NCBI RefSeq assembly: GCF_000341395.1
Contig: NC_020304.1
Span: 1,080,001-1,112,000, forward strand
Direction: 5' to 3'
From: Desulfocapsa sulfexigens DSM 10523
GTDB taxonomy: Bacteria; Desulfobacterota; Desulfobulbia; Desulfobulbales; Desulfocapsaceae
DNA: 32,000 nt
Shown here: positions 17,478-27,631 of the stretch, in pieces
How the letters are laid out: the number at the start of each line of letters is the position of its first letter
Position numbering within the stretch: the stretch's first letter is position 1
Notes under the pieces: model-generated
Databases searched by the model: none
Told to the model about the DNA's origin: nothing
Seen by the model: the letters and a program-made list of their open reading frames with translations, nothing else
Program-made: the position numbers and the translations under genes

Positions 17478-18698
17478 TCAGGAAAAACATTCGTCCAGCC
17501 AGTCGAGAATAACACCTGAGGAGTAAGAGAGATTTCCCACCTGACAGTGGGAATCTGCGCCCTGGGCGGCTGTAAAGCGACAACTGTCCAACTTTCCGCT
17601 AACGCCCCGGCAAAAGGCCTCGAACTGCCTCTGAGGTTCTTCCCCTTCCCCCTCTCCCAGCAGAGCCAGGGAGGGACATCTGATCTCTTTCAGATGTTCT
17701 CCTACCCTGAATTCCTGCATATAAACAAAACTCTTTTTCATACTGCCGCGGCCAAAGCGGGTGATGAGGTTGGTGCTCATCAATTTCATCTGTTCATTCA
17801 TAATCTCGGCTGGGATTACAGGAATCTCTGCAACAGTGAAATCATCCTCATCCGGCATCACGGCAGGGTCAAATCCGGCAAAGGCATTCATGTAAGCATG
17901 CAGATCGACAATGGGCGAGTTGGCTATCAGGGCCTTGATTCTCGGTTCATGTGCTGCTGCCTGGGTGGCAAAATAACCGCCAAAGCTGATGCCAAGCAAC
18001 GCTGTCCGTTGAGGATCACTTTCTTTCCTGGCAGTAAGCCAATCAAGAACAGTTGACACCACCCTTTCAAAATCAGGGATAAAACTGCTTTGAGGGATAA
18101 AACGACAACTGTCCATCTGCCCTGGCCCGGCAAAGAGGAGGACATTATAGCCCCGCTTCAGAGCGGCCATACCACGGGCCATGAACTCTTCTTCCAGGGT
18201 TCCGTCAAAACCACTGACAATGAGTAAGGTCTTTTCTTTTCTGGTGTCCTTCTCAGGTGTAAAGAGATAGACAGGCAAGGCCTCTTCTCCAAAGGGAATC
18301 CGGACATGGGTGAGGTTGTAGTCAAAACATTCTGCAGCCTTCAGGAAACAGTCTCTGGAACTCATCCCAAGCCGGGCATGGTCGGGGACGACACAAGAAG
18401 AGTAATATTCTGCGGCCCGAAAGGAGTTGCAGGCCATAAGGAAGAGCTCGCCGCTGCTGATGCGGTGTCCCTTCTCCAGTCTCTGCCTTGCCTCTTCTTC
18501 CTGCTGCCTTGCGAGATTGGAAAATTCTTTTACCCACGCACCGGGATTGCCATCTTCTATCTTTGCGGCAAGGTGGAGGCATTGGCCGATGGATGCCCCC
18601 CCTGTCTGGCAGGAACCAAGCTGACGAATCAGTTGAAAATCCATTTCTTTGTCTTGAAAACCCTGCACCCGAGTAGCACTGCGTTCTAACGATCCCAT
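17478..18698 (-). CDS. Alpha/beta-fold hydrolase with N-terminal helical cap region
   Basis: Nucleophile elbow LLGISFGGYFA (GxSxG). RBS AGGAGA lies upstream of ATG 18698. No finer family assignment is possible by eye. Confidence 0.7.
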   Translation of the reverse strand: MGSLERSATRVQGFQDKEMDFQLIRQLGSCQTGGASIGQCLHLAAKIEDGNPGAWVKEFSNLARQQEEEARQRLEKGHRISSGELFLMACNSFRAAEYYSSCVVPDHARLGMSSRDCFLKAAECFDYNLTHVRIPFGEEALPVYLFTPEKDTRKEKTLLIVSGFDGTLEEEFMARGMAALKRGYNVLLFAGPGQMDSCRFIPQSSFIPDFERVVSTVLDWLTARKESDPQRTALLGISFGGYFATQAAAHEPRIKALIANSPIVDLHAYMNAFAGFDPAVMPDEDDFTVAEIPVIPAEIMNEQMKLMSTNLITRFGRGSMKKSFVYMQEFRVGEHLKEIRCPSLALLGEGEGEEPQRQFEAFCRGVSGKLDSCRFTAAQGADSHCQVGNLSYSSGVILDWLDECFS

Positions 18699-19174
18699 AG
18701 CATCTCCTGTGTTTTATGAAAAAAGCAACAAAGAGAGTTTGTCACTTACCGTAGAGAGAGTCAAGCCTGGACGTAAAGAATTGAGAAGAATGCACATTCC
18801 GCAGGGAAAGCAACATGGCACAGAAAAAGTATCCATTTGATCACCACCGGCTTTCAATCACTACCATAAACCGGCTCGCTATAACCTGGCCAGCATCAGC
18901 ATTGTGAACTGAAATTGAGGATCAGATAGGACTTTTCCTTTCATTTAGATAACTAATAACTTATCCTGCAAGAGTGTTAAGGTTCCAAACGCGCAAGCCA
19001 CGAAAGCTTCGTATTTTCATTTGGGCCAGTCCATTTAGGAGATCATCCCATCATAAAGCTGCGTATTGCTCCTTACAATAGTCACAAAGGATTTTCTCAC
19101 TTCAACCAGCGCACGATACTATGCCTGGATAGCATCTCCAACCACGCCGTTTTGAGTGCGGAACTTGAACTACG

Positions 19175-20338
19175 ATGAAAACCCGATTTATCAACGGCAA
19201 CACTCTCCAGTTGCTGACAAACGGCGCAGCCTACTTCATGGCCCTTGAGCAGGCCATTGATACCGCGCGGAATATTGTTCCCCTCGAGACCTACATCTTT
19301 GCCGACGACGAAACAGGCAGACGCATAGCTGCAGCTCTGACACGGGCCGCAAAGCGTGGGGTGACAGTGCGTGTCCTGGTGGACGGCTTCGGCTCAAACA
19401 AAATATTCGACATTATACGTCGGCAGCTCTTAAGCGACAAGGTGCAGGTGCTGATTTACCACCCAAAGATATCTCCCTTCACTATGAGTCGAAACCGTCT
19501 GCGGCGACTGCACCGTAAGCTGGTAATGATTGACTGTCATCTGGCCTTTATCGGAGGCATCAACATCATTGACGACATGAACTCCCCAGGGGATCTGCCG
19601 ACCCGCTACGATTATGCAGTGCGCATTGAAGGCCCCCTGCTGGGGACGCTAGTAAGAGAGAACGAAAGGTTGTGGAACAGGATAGCCCTGCTCAATTTCA
19701 AGTTGGAATGGCGAATTCGACCACTCCCTATACCCCAAGCCGTTGCCTCTGGCAAGCAGCGTGCCGCTCTGGTGGTACGTGACAATTTGCGCCACCGTTT
19801 CGATATCGAAGATGCCTATCTTGACGCCATTAACCGGGCACAGAAAGAGATCATTATCGTCAACGCTTATTTTTTTCCCGGCAAGCGTTTTCGACGCACG
19901 CTTCGACTGGCAGCCGGACGTGGCGTACGGGTTATTCTACTTTTGCAAGGACGCATGGAATATGCTCTGTTACATTACGCTTCCCGTGCCCTTTACGGAG
20001 CCTTTCTTGATGCCGGGGTCGAAATATACAATTACCGGAAAAGCCTTATGCATGCCAAGGTAGGAGTGATCGATGGACAATGGTCCACGGTCGGCTCCTC
20101 CAATATCGATCCGTTCAGCCTGCTGTTGGCCCGTGAAGCCAATGTCATCGTCGACGATTCGCAGTTTGCCGAGGAATTGCACGCCAGCCTTCGTCAGCAC
20201 ATTGAGGATGGTGCCTTGAAAGTGGATCAGGACTCATGGTACGGCCAGCCACTGTGGCGGCGCATCATCAACTGGAGCGCCTATGGTGTTGCCCGATTAC
20301 TACTTGGTCTGGCGGGACTTCGCAGCAAAAGCTATTAG
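19175..20338 (+). CDS. clsB: Phospholipase D-family enzyme, ClsB-like cardiolipin synthase
   Basis: Two HKD motifs: HRKLVMIDCHLAFIGGINI and HAKVGVIDGQWSTVGSSNID. The ~390-aa size and lack of N-terminal TM helices match ClsB-type enzymes. Confidence 0.8.
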   Translation: MKTRFINGNTLQLLTNGAAYFMALEQAIDTARNIVPLETYIFADDETGRRIAAALTRAAKRGVTVRVLVDGFGSNKIFDIIRRQLLSDKVQVLIYHPKISPFTMSRNRLRRLHRKLVMIDCHLAFIGGINIIDDMNSPGDLPTRYDYAVRIEGPLLGTLVRENERLWNRIALLNFKLEWRIRPLPIPQAVASGKQRAALVVRDNLRHRFDIEDAYLDAINRAQKEIIIVNAYFFPGKRFRRTLRLAAGRGVRVILLLQGRMEYALLHYASRALYGAFLDAGVEIYNYRKSLMHAKVGVIDGQWSTVGSSNIDPFSLLLAREANVIVDDSQFAEELHASLRQHIEDGALKVDQDSWYGQPLWRRIINWSAYGVARLLLGLAGLRSKSY

Positions 20339-20431
20339 CTTTCAAAGTCACGATGAAAAGTAATCCCAGGCATTTGGACCACTTCTCATTAACGTCACGA
20401 ACACTAAATGAGTCAATGTTGATTTCCATTA

Positions 20432-20899
20432 TTATTCGTTTTCTTTCTCTACTTTTTCTATAGTTGCACTTAGCTTTTGATACACACCGAGTGCCACAAT
20501 TAGAACAGCTGATACTAAAATGAGTAAACCTGGATACAGTAAAAGAGTAAGATCTTTCGTTCCTGCTTTAAAGATATAAACCAACCCTTCAATGCTAACT
20601 GCAATAGTTATGATTACAATTATTTTTGTAATTGTTCTTCTTGCTTCTTCAGGATCACGAAGCTGTTTATTTACAAATACTTCTTCTTCCATCATGTATT
20701 GTGCAACATCAATAATGGCTGCAGATATTATTATTGCACCGACAGACTGAAGCATTAATGGAATAAACTCTGTTGATTCCCCAACGCTGGAAATGACCTC
20801 ATACACAGACCATCCCATAGTGACCAGGGATAGGATTATAAGAATTAATGCCGCAAACAAATGAACTCCAGAAAAGATAATATTAAACATTTTTTCCAT
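20432..20899 (-). CDS. Hypothetical small integral membrane protein (about 4 TM segments)
   Basis: Four long hydrophobic stretches and an AT-rich codon composition. ATG 20899 (MEKMFNII...) is preceded by AAAGG. The listed 20923 start is a TTG. Confidence 0.5.
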   Translation of the reverse strand: MEKMFNIIFSGVHLFAALILIILSLVTMGWSVYEVISSVGESTEFIPLMLQSVGAIIISAAIIDVAQYMMEEEVFVNKQLRDPEEARRTITKIIVIITIAVSIEGLVYIFKAGTKDLTLLLYPGLLILVSAVLIVALGVYQKLSATIEKVEKENE

Positions 20900-21002
20900 G
20901 ATTTGACCTTTATAAATTTCCAACTACTGAGGCTCTATCTGCTATCGATATAATACCCATTACGGCCCCGATAACCTGCCGCGAAGAGTGTCATTTGTCA
21001 GT

Positions 21003-22052
21003 TTACTTTCTTTTAGGGATTCGCACGGTAAAGACAGAACCAGTATTCAAACTGCTTTTCACAGAGACACGTCCTCCATGCCCTTGAACAATAGCTTTTA
21101 CAGCCGCAAGACCTAGTCCATGCCCCTTACTGCTTGATTTACTTTGATGAAAAGCATCAAAAATATATGGTAAGTCATCATCTGAAATTCCAAGCCCATT
21201 ATCTTTTATTTGAATGACCACATCTCTGTCATGCTCATTGACGCTGGTGACAATCTCTCCATTTTGATGAATAAATTTTATAGCGTTAGAAAACAGATTT
21301 TCGAACACTCGCTGCAGTTGTCTGCTGTCTGCTAGAATAGGCGATACAGAGTCATACTCCAAACGTATAGTACTTCCTTTTTCTGACGCCTGGGGCTGAC
21401 ATCTCAGAATGAGTTGATTAAGAAGTTCTGGTAAATCGATTTCTTCCAAATTAAGTCTTACCTTATCTGTGACTTGTCTTGAGAATTCCAAAAATTCCAA
21501 CACCAGAGACTCCAACTGTTCTCCAGAGTATTTAATAGTTTTACAATAGGTATCAAGCTTGTCTGCTGACATATCTTCATGGTGTTCCTGGATTCTTTTT
21601 GTCAGACCTAAAATGGCAACCAATGGAGACTTCATGTCATGGGCCAGCATATTTTGAAAGTTGTTTTTTTCGCGCTCTAAGGACTTTTCCCTGGAAAAAT
21701 CTTCAATTATCTCCAAAAAGCCGATGACTTCGCCATCATCATTTTTAATTGAAGCAGCACTTAGTCTTACCGGAATATGTTCATCATAACGGTTTATAAG
21801 TTCGGTCTCAACGCCGGAGGTCGGTACACCGGCTTCCTTTAAAGTTTGTAAAGGGCTTTCTGTGTTACGGCTTTTACTATGTAATATTTCAGAACATGAT
21901 TTTCCCATGACCTCTAAGGCGGAATACCCCGTTAAGTCCTCTGCTGGATTATTAAAAGAGGTGATATTAAAATCTGCATCCATGGTCACTACAGCAACAG
22001 GAATATTTTCTAAAATTAGATGGCAGAAGTGAGGACTAACATGGTCAGACAT
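21003..22052 (-). CDS. Cytoplasmic PAS-domain sensor histidine kinase
   Basis: N-terminal PAS (ILENIPVAVVTMDADFNITSFNNPAEDLTGY), H-box MLAHDMKSPL, N-box FENLFSNAIKF and G-boxes DNGLGI / GHGLGLAAVKAIV. No TM segment is present. Confidence 0.9.
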   Translation of the reverse strand: MSDHVSPHFCHLILENIPVAVVTMDADFNITSFNNPAEDLTGYSALEVMGKSCSEILHSKSRNTESPLQTLKEAGVPTSGVETELINRYDEHIPVRLSAASIKNDDGEVIGFLEIIEDFSREKSLEREKNNFQNMLAHDMKSPLVAILGLTKRIQEHHEDMSADKLDTYCKTIKYSGEQLESLVLEFLEFSRQVTDKVRLNLEEIDLPELLNQLILRCQPQASEKGSTIRLEYDSVSPILADSRQLQRVFENLFSNAIKFIHQNGEIVTSVNEHDRDVVIQIKDNGLGISDDDLPYIFDAFHQSKSSSKGHGLGLAAVKAIVQGHGGRVSVKSSLNTGSVFTVRIPKRK

Positions 22053-22140
22053 ACAGTTCCTTTTGTATCTAATTGTATTCTTTTTTTAAATCAATTTCCT
22101 GTTCCCACATCAACTAAAACCCATGTCCAGCTGTTCATTC

Positions 22141-22818
22141 TTACTCCTTCGATTGCAGCTCTTCTGGCACCGGCTTCGGCTGCCAACGCTCTTCCAGCAC
22201 GGGCATATTTTTACTATGGGTTAAAATCACGATCTCGTCGCCGAAGCAAAATTCTGTTTTTTCATCGGCATGGGAAAACTTACCGTCACGGTAATAGCAG
22301 ATAACCTTCGCTTCGGCTGGTAATTTCAGATCTTTGGCTGCGACCGCATCTTTCTCTGTGGCAATCAAGGTGAAAAAACGTGCTTCATCCTTTATGACCG
22401 TTGAAAGTTCAATGATTTCACCACCACCTGCCATGTCCACCAGAAAACGACTGATGGTTCGGGAGGGATTGATCGTGTCCTTCAGACCCAATTCATGGCA
22501 GATAGTTTCGAACTGGGGATCGCCGATGCTTGTCACTATCCTTACAAAACCAAGGGAACGGCCAACGAGACTGGCGATAAGGTTGACCTGATCACTGTTG
22601 GTCAGACAAAACAGAAAATCTGTTTCCCCGGGATTGACTTCATGCAGGATATTCGGCAGACTGCCATCACCATGAAGAAAGCTGCAGTCCAGCTCTTCAG
22701 ACAATTCATCGATCATATCCTTATCAATCTCGATGATAACGACTTCATGACCCTTTCTGATCAGTTCCTTGGCAGTTTCGATACTTACTTTACCGGTTCC
22801 AATAAATACAATTCTCAT
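22141..22818 (-). CDS. trkA: TrkA/KtrA-type RCK (NAD-binding) regulatory subunit of a K+ transporter
   Basis: Rossmann start MRIVFIGTGKVSIETAKELIRKGHEVVIIE. ATG 22818 overlaps the trkH stop as ATGA (22818-22815). Confidence 0.85.
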   Translation of the reverse strand: MRIVFIGTGKVSIETAKELIRKGHEVVIIEIDKDMIDELSEELDCSFLHGDGSLPNILHEVNPGETDFLFCLTNSDQVNLIASLVGRSLGFVRIVTSIGDPQFETICHELGLKDTINPSRTISRFLVDMAGGGEIIELSTVIKDEARFFTLIATEKDAVAAKDLKLPAEAKVICYYRDGKFSHADEKTEFCFGDEIVILTHSKNMPVLEERWQPKPVPEELQSKE

Positions 22819-24323
22819 GTTTCCTCCATTCTTCTGCCAAACCACGTCCCGGGATAGATCATCATCAGCCAGGCGATGATTTCAAGTCTTCCCATCAGCA
22901 TGTCAACACACAAAACGCCTTTGAGCAGGGCTGGCAAGTTGGCATTTGTCAGTCCCACGGACAACCCAACCGTTCCCGTCGCCGAAACCACTTCAAACAG
23001 AGAGTCGAGCGGGCTGAACCCCATTACCACAAACGGCAGCCAGGAAAATAGAACAACTGCAACGAACAGCACAATAAGTAGAAGGGCCGCGTGAATATCT
23101 TGATCCCGCAACCGGCGGCCTACCAACCGATGCTCGATGACGGCGTGTCTCGGCAGACAGGTTCGTACCAGGATCAGCCGCAACACACTCACCGCAATCA
23201 ACAGCCGCAGCAGCTTGAAGCCACCGGAGGTCGATCCAAAACCGCCACCCACCAGCATCGAGCTGATCAGAACCAGTTTTGAGCCTGCATCGAGCTGATC
23301 ACAGGAAATTGAAGAAAAACCAGCGGTTGTCTGCGCAGAAAAAGCGAGCAGTGGTGCGTGATGGAGTATCTGGGTCCATGCCATGTCGGTACTGAGTCGC
23401 ATTGCAGCACCAATTGTCAGCGAAACGATCAGAATAACGATGATGATGGCCCGCATCTGAAGAAATTCAACGCCAACGCGCCATTTTTCTTTAAACATCC
23501 CATACCAGAACGCAAGCGGGATAGCCCCGGCAAGGCAGAGCAGACTAATCCACACCTGAGCGGGCCAGCCTAAGATCGCGAGGCTGGTGTCATTCGGGGC
23601 AAAGCCTCCGGTCGAAACCGCCGCAAAGGTATACAGAACCCCGTCGAAACACCTCATGCCCACGGCAAGCGAACCGATGATACCGAGGACGGTCAAAATG
23701 ATATAGACTTTCAGGACGCGCCGTGCGTGGGCCCGTGTACCACCGACAAGATCATCACTTTCCGCCTCGGTGACGGCAAGACCCTTTGCATCCAGACCCG
23801 GCTGGATGACGAGCGCCAGGGAAAGAACAACGATACCCAGCCCTCCATACCACTGCATCCAGGCGCGAGCAAAAAGAAATGTCGGCGGCGCGCCAACAAG
23901 CGTCGCCTTCGTGCTCAGTCCAGTGGTCGTCACCCCGGAGACGGCTTCAAAGAAGGCATCGAAAAAGCCAAGTCCCGAGCCCATCATCGGGTAGGACATC
24001 ACCAACGGCGTAAAGAAAAATATCAATGCGACCAACATCATGCCTTCATTGGCCTGTACCCTGGCAGGAGTCCGCAGCCGGGACAGGCTGGCCCCGAGGA
24101 CCGCGAGTCCGCAAATAACCACGCCATACCGCAGGCTGATGTCGATGTCGCCACAGATTACCGACACCACAAACGGCGCCAGCGACAGCGTAGCGAGCAC
24201 TAGGGACATCTGGCCGAAATACTTGCAGACCACACGAAACCGAACCGCGTATCTGAGTTCTGTTGCCTGTTGTACCACCAACGAATCTTCTCCCCTTTTA
24301 AAACCCGTAGTGCAGAACGACAC
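22815..24323 (-). CDS. trkH: TrkH/KtrB-family cation (K+) transporter membrane subunit
   Basis: A polytopic membrane protein with repeated pore-loop-like TTAGF / STGG / SGG / ATGTVGLS segments typical of TrkH. The listed start is a GTG. TTG 24281 or GTG 24278, preceded by AGGGGAG, are plausible true starts. Confidence 0.85.
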   Translation of the reverse strand: MSFCTTGFKRGEDSLVVQQATELRYAVRFRVVCKYFGQMSLVLATLSLAPFVVSVICGDIDISLRYGVVICGLAVLGASLSRLRTPARVQANEGMMLVALIFFFTPLVMSYPMMGSGLGFFDAFFEAVSGVTTTGLSTKATLVGAPPTFLFARAWMQWYGGLGIVVLSLALVIQPGLDAKGLAVTEAESDDLVGGTRAHARRVLKVYIILTVLGIIGSLAVGMRCFDGVLYTFAAVSTGGFAPNDTSLAILGWPAQVWISLLCLAGAIPLAFWYGMFKEKWRVGVEFLQMRAIIIVILIVSLTIGAAMRLSTDMAWTQILHHAPLLAFSAQTTAGFSSISCDQLDAGSKLVLISSMLVGGGFGSTSGGFKLLRLLIAVSVLRLILVRTCLPRHAVIEHRLVGRRLRDQDIHAALLLIVLFVAVVLFSWLPFVVMGFSPLDSLFEVVSATGTVGLSVGLTNANLPALLKGVLCVDMLMGRLEIIAWLMMIYPGTWFGRRMEET

Positions 24324-24383
24324 GATCTACAGTGGTTTCCATCAGGTCGCTTACGCTCTAAGAGACCAGATCTCCAATGTGCA

Positions 24384-25277
24384 TCATTTTTTTTCTTTGC
24401 TCAGTAATTCATAACCGGCGACGACATCGAACAACTCTTCATCTATGGTACTCTGCCGCAGACGATGGAAGGTCCGGCTCAAATCCTCCAGCAGTTCATC
24501 AATATTTTTTTCGGCACGTTGCATCGCGGCCAGACGGCTGGCATTTTCAGCAGCCAGTGATTCAGCGCAAGCCTTGAAGAGCGATACGAAAAGATATTCA
24601 CGGATAAGCGCCGAGAGTGTTGTCTCGCCACCTGCCAGGATATCGGGAAGATTATCAGACGGCCAGCTGACTTCGGTCAGGTGGTGGCGCCATTGCTTGT
24701 CAAGCGGCAGCAACCGTTGATTAACGGACTCATACAACGCCCCGGACTGGGGACGGTTGTGAAAGAGGTAGACCTGCCCGATCTCGCCTTTCCGCCGATG
24801 CTTTTCAAACTCGGTAAGAATCTGACCGACAAGCGGCGTGATGGCTGTGACCGAATTCGGTACCACGAATGTTCCCACCGGTGGCATTCCGGCATCCTTC
24901 AGACGCACGTCAACACGCTCGCCAACCGCCCAGATCCTTTTCTCCCCTGGCAAAGCACTCAGCGCATCCATGGTAAACTCCACCAGCGCCTCATTGAATT
25001 TGCCGACAAGTCCCTGGTCCGAGCCAAAAATGATTGCTCCAATCACACCTTTGTCTATTTGTTCGGCCTGATCCACACCGTAGTCCAGCCCGGCTCCTTG
25101 CTGGAAGTAGGCAACCAACCCCAGTTCCACAGTACGATCATAATCTATCAGGGCACTCACAGCGTTTTCGTACTGCCCCCTGTTTGAGGCAGCTAACGCT
25201 TTCATGGTCCGGACTACGGATCCAAGTTTGCCGGCACCGCTCATCTTACGGCGCAAATTTCCCAGTGTCTCGCTCAT
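24384..25277 (-). CDS. atpG: N-type F-ATPase gamma subunit
   Basis: Gamma-like N-terminus ([25 protein letters not shown]) and C-terminal helix ([17 protein letters not shown]). It is the last gene of the atpDCQRBEFAG order, with an ATGA overlap with atpA. Confidence 0.85.
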   Translation of the reverse strand: MSETLGNLRRKMSGAGKLGSVVRTMKALAASNRGQYENAVSALIDYDRTVELGLVAYFQQGAGLDYGVDQAEQIDKGVIGAIIFGSDQGLVGKFNEALVEFTMDALSALPGEKRIWAVGERVDVRLKDAGMPPVGTFVVPNSVTAITPLVGQILTEFEKHRRKGEIGQVYLFHNRPQSGALYESVNQRLLPLDKQWRHHLTEVSWPSDNLPDILAGGETTLSALIREYLFVSLFKACAESLAAENASRLAAMQRAEKNIDELLEDLSRTFHRLRQSTIDEELFDVVAGYELLSKEKK

Positions 25278-26809
25278 AGTTCCGTCTGAAAAACTGTAAG
25301 CGCATTGCCGGCGACGCGGAGAACCGCCTCGCGATCCTCGTCCGTCAAGGTGTCAGCCGAGAAAAATCGGCGGCTGACTTCCACCGGAATCTCAGCCGCG
25401 GCCTCACGCAGGGCACCTTCCACTTTTGGCATCATATCGAGCGGTATGGTGTCCAGGAGTCCATCGAGCAGGGCCAGCAGCACGGCTATCTGCTCAGGCA
25501 CGGATACCGGAGCGAACTCCGGCTGCTTGAGACAGGCACGGATTCGTTGGCCATGGGCGATAATTTTCCGGGTATGCTCGTCAAGCCGGGCGCCGAACCT
25601 GGCAAAGGTTTCCAACTCCTCGAACTGCGCATAGGCAAGCTTCAAGGACCCGGCCACCGCGCGATAAGCCGCGAGTTGTGCCTTGCCCCCGACCCGCGAC
25701 ACCGATTTGCCAACATCAACTGCGGGCAGAATTCCCAGTTCAAAAAGCGTCGGCGAGAGATAGATCTGACCGTCGGTAATGGAAATAAGATTGGTTGGAA
25801 TATACGCGGAGATATTCTGCGCCTCGGTCTCGATGATGGGCAACGCGGTGAGCGAGCCGCCACCGAGTTCACTGCGCAAGTGAGTTGCACGCTCCAGGAG
25901 CCGCGAATGGATATAGAAGATGTCGCCGGGAAAGGCCTCTCGGCCGGGTGGTCGACGCAGCAGAAGAGAGAGTTCACGGTAGGACCTGGCGTGGTGGGTG
26001 AGATCGTCATATACGATAAGCACGTCGCGGCCCTGCTCCATAAAATACTCGGCGATGCTGGTGGCGACATAGGGCGCGATATAGGTGAGGCCTGGCGGAT
26101 CGTTGCCCTCTGTTACCACGACGATGGTGTATTCCATGGCGCCTTTTTCGCTGAGATCGGCGACGACCTTGGCCACGGCCGAGGCCCGCTGGCCGATGGC
26201 GCAATAGATGCAGACCATGTCCTGATCACGCTGGTTCAGGATGGTGTCGATGGCAATAGCTGTCTTGCCTGTTTGCCGGTCGCCGAGAATCAACTCGCGT
26301 TGGCCACGACCGATGGGAATAAGGGCATCGATGACCTTGATGCCGGTTTGCAGCGGCATGGTGACAGGAGCCCGGTCCATTATGGGTGTCGCATCCCTTT
26401 CGATGGGCAGACGCCGAGTGCAGGACACCGGCCCCTTGCCATCCAACGGACGACCAAGCGGGTCGATAACGCGGCCCAGCAGTGCATCACCCACAGCCAC
26501 ATCCATGACCCTTCCTGTGCGCTCGACTTCATCTCCCGTGTGCAGGAGCCTGTATTCGCCCAGAAGGACGACACCGATGTCGTCCTCGTCGATATTAAAC
26601 GCAATACCAAACAAGTCGCCAGGGAACTTCACAAGTTCCTCAAAACCGACGCCGGGAAGACCATTAACTCTTGCAATGCCGGTGGCGACACCGGTGATCG
26701 TGCCCACCTCCCGGGGTGTCAGTTGCGGCGTGAATGCTTCCCGTACCTGGCGAATTTCGGTAAAGGCGCTGTCGAAAACGTTTCCGAGGCTCTCCGGTTC
26801 GATATTCAT
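25274..26809 (-). CDS. atpA: N-type F-ATPase alpha subunit
   Basis: Walker A GDRQTGKT. Alpha-type motifs include [45 protein letters not shown]. Confidence 0.95.
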   Translation of the reverse strand: MNIEPESLGNVFDSAFTEIRQVREAFTPQLTPREVGTITGVATGIARVNGLPGVGFEELVKFPGDLFGIAFNIDEDDIGVVLLGEYRLLHTGDEVERTGRVMDVAVGDALLGRVIDPLGRPLDGKGPVSCTRRLPIERDATPIMDRAPVTMPLQTGIKVIDALIPIGRGQRELILGDRQTGKTAIAIDTILNQRDQDMVCIYCAIGQRASAVAKVVADLSEKGAMEYTIVVVTEGNDPPGLTYIAPYVATSIAEYFMEQGRDVLIVYDDLTHHARSYRELSLLLRRPPGREAFPGDIFYIHSRLLERATHLRSELGGGSLTALPIIETEAQNISAYIPTNLISITDGQIYLSPTLFELGILPAVDVGKSVSRVGGKAQLAAYRAVAGSLKLAYAQFEELETFARFGARLDEHTRKIIAHGQRIRACLKQPEFAPVSVPEQIAVLLALLDGLLDTIPLDMMPKVEGALREAAAEIPVEVSRRFFSADTLTDEDREAVLRVAGNALTVFQTEL

Positions 26810-27627
26810 TGGTTCCTTGTTTCAGGCATACGTTCTACAGGTTCAGAGTCGGTCTGGGGTGCAGGTTTGTTCTTCTCTTGCAAAAGTTCGGCAACACCCT
26901 GTTCCAGCGACGCCAGATAATCGGCGATGCTCCACGCCACCTTTTGTCCGTCCGTGGTCAATTCAATACCGCTAATCACGTTCGGCGCGGTCTCGAATCG
27001 GACATTGACTTCAGCCGAAAAGGTTTCGTTGAGTCCATTTTGTATTGCCGCGCGATGCTCCGCAGTCAGGTCAAAGGCACTGCGCACCACTACTGGGTCA
27101 GACGCCGTCTTGAAGGTCTCGGCAAAGCCAGCCTTGTGTTCCCCGTCTAAGTCCCGTAACCGACGAACAAAAACATCCACCATCTGCTCTTCCAGATTCG
27201 TTCCGGCAAGATCGGTCAACGCCTTTCGAGCGATGGCAAAAACTTCCTGCTGTGTCCGACGACTGATTGCCTGATGGAGGTCGTGTTCTTCGTCTCTTAA
27301 CGCTTCCTGCCTTTTTGTACTCAAAGCAACGGCGGCATGCCGCGCTTCATTGAGAAGCCGTTGACGCTCAGCCTGCGCCTCGTCTGTCGCCTTGCTCAGA
27401 AGTTCGTTGCGCTGCTGGTCGAATTCCTCGTTTTTGTGCTTGAACTCATCACGTTCCCGCAGAGCTTCGACTTTTTTTGCATCGGCGTCCGCGAGTTCCG
27501 CGGCGATTCGTTCTTCCCGTGCATCGATGGCATTGAGGATAGGTTTGTAGAGGAAACGCTTCATCAACCACACCAGGATGAGAAAATTGAGCACCTGTGC
27601 CAGAATAGTAAACCAATCGATCAACAT
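26806..27627 (-). CDS. atpF: N-type F-ATPase b subunit (long form with delta-like C-terminal region)
   Basis: A single N-terminal TM ([15 protein letters not shown]), followed by a long charged coiled coil. The C-terminus ([26 protein letters not shown]) resembles the end of delta/OSCP subunits. No separate delta gene lies between b and alpha. Confidence 0.8.
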   Translation of the reverse strand: MLIDWFTILAQVLNFLILVWLMKRFLYKPILNAIDAREERIAAELADADAKKVEALRERDEFKHKNEEFDQQRNELLSKATDEAQAERQRLLNEARHAAVALSTKRQEALRDEEHDLHQAISRRTQQEVFAIARKALTDLAGTNLEEQMVDVFVRRLRDLDGEHKAGFAETFKTASDPVVVRSAFDLTAEHRAAIQNGLNETFSAEVNVRFETAPNVISGIELTTDGQKVAWSIADYLASLEQGVAELLQEKNKPAPQTDSEPVERMPETRNQ

Positions 27628-27631
27628 GGAT

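Noticed and set aside
22053-22140. Search for att-like direct repeats, tRNA, integrase or IS ends at the borders of the G+C-rich atp/trk block (22053-22140 and 31107-31335)
   Set aside because: Only a trivial shared 7-mer (TTTAAAT) was found, and no mobility genes are in the window. Lateral origin is therefore inferred from composition and known N-ATPase biology only, not from mobile-element hallmarks.
25547-26975. Long + strand ORFs (457 aa at 25547-26920, 244 aa at 26241-26975)
   Set aside because: They are antisense to atpA/atpF in roughly 60% G+C DNA, where stop codons are rare by chance. The products are Arg/Gly/Pro-rich with no motifs. The - strand frame encodes unmistakable alpha and b subunits.
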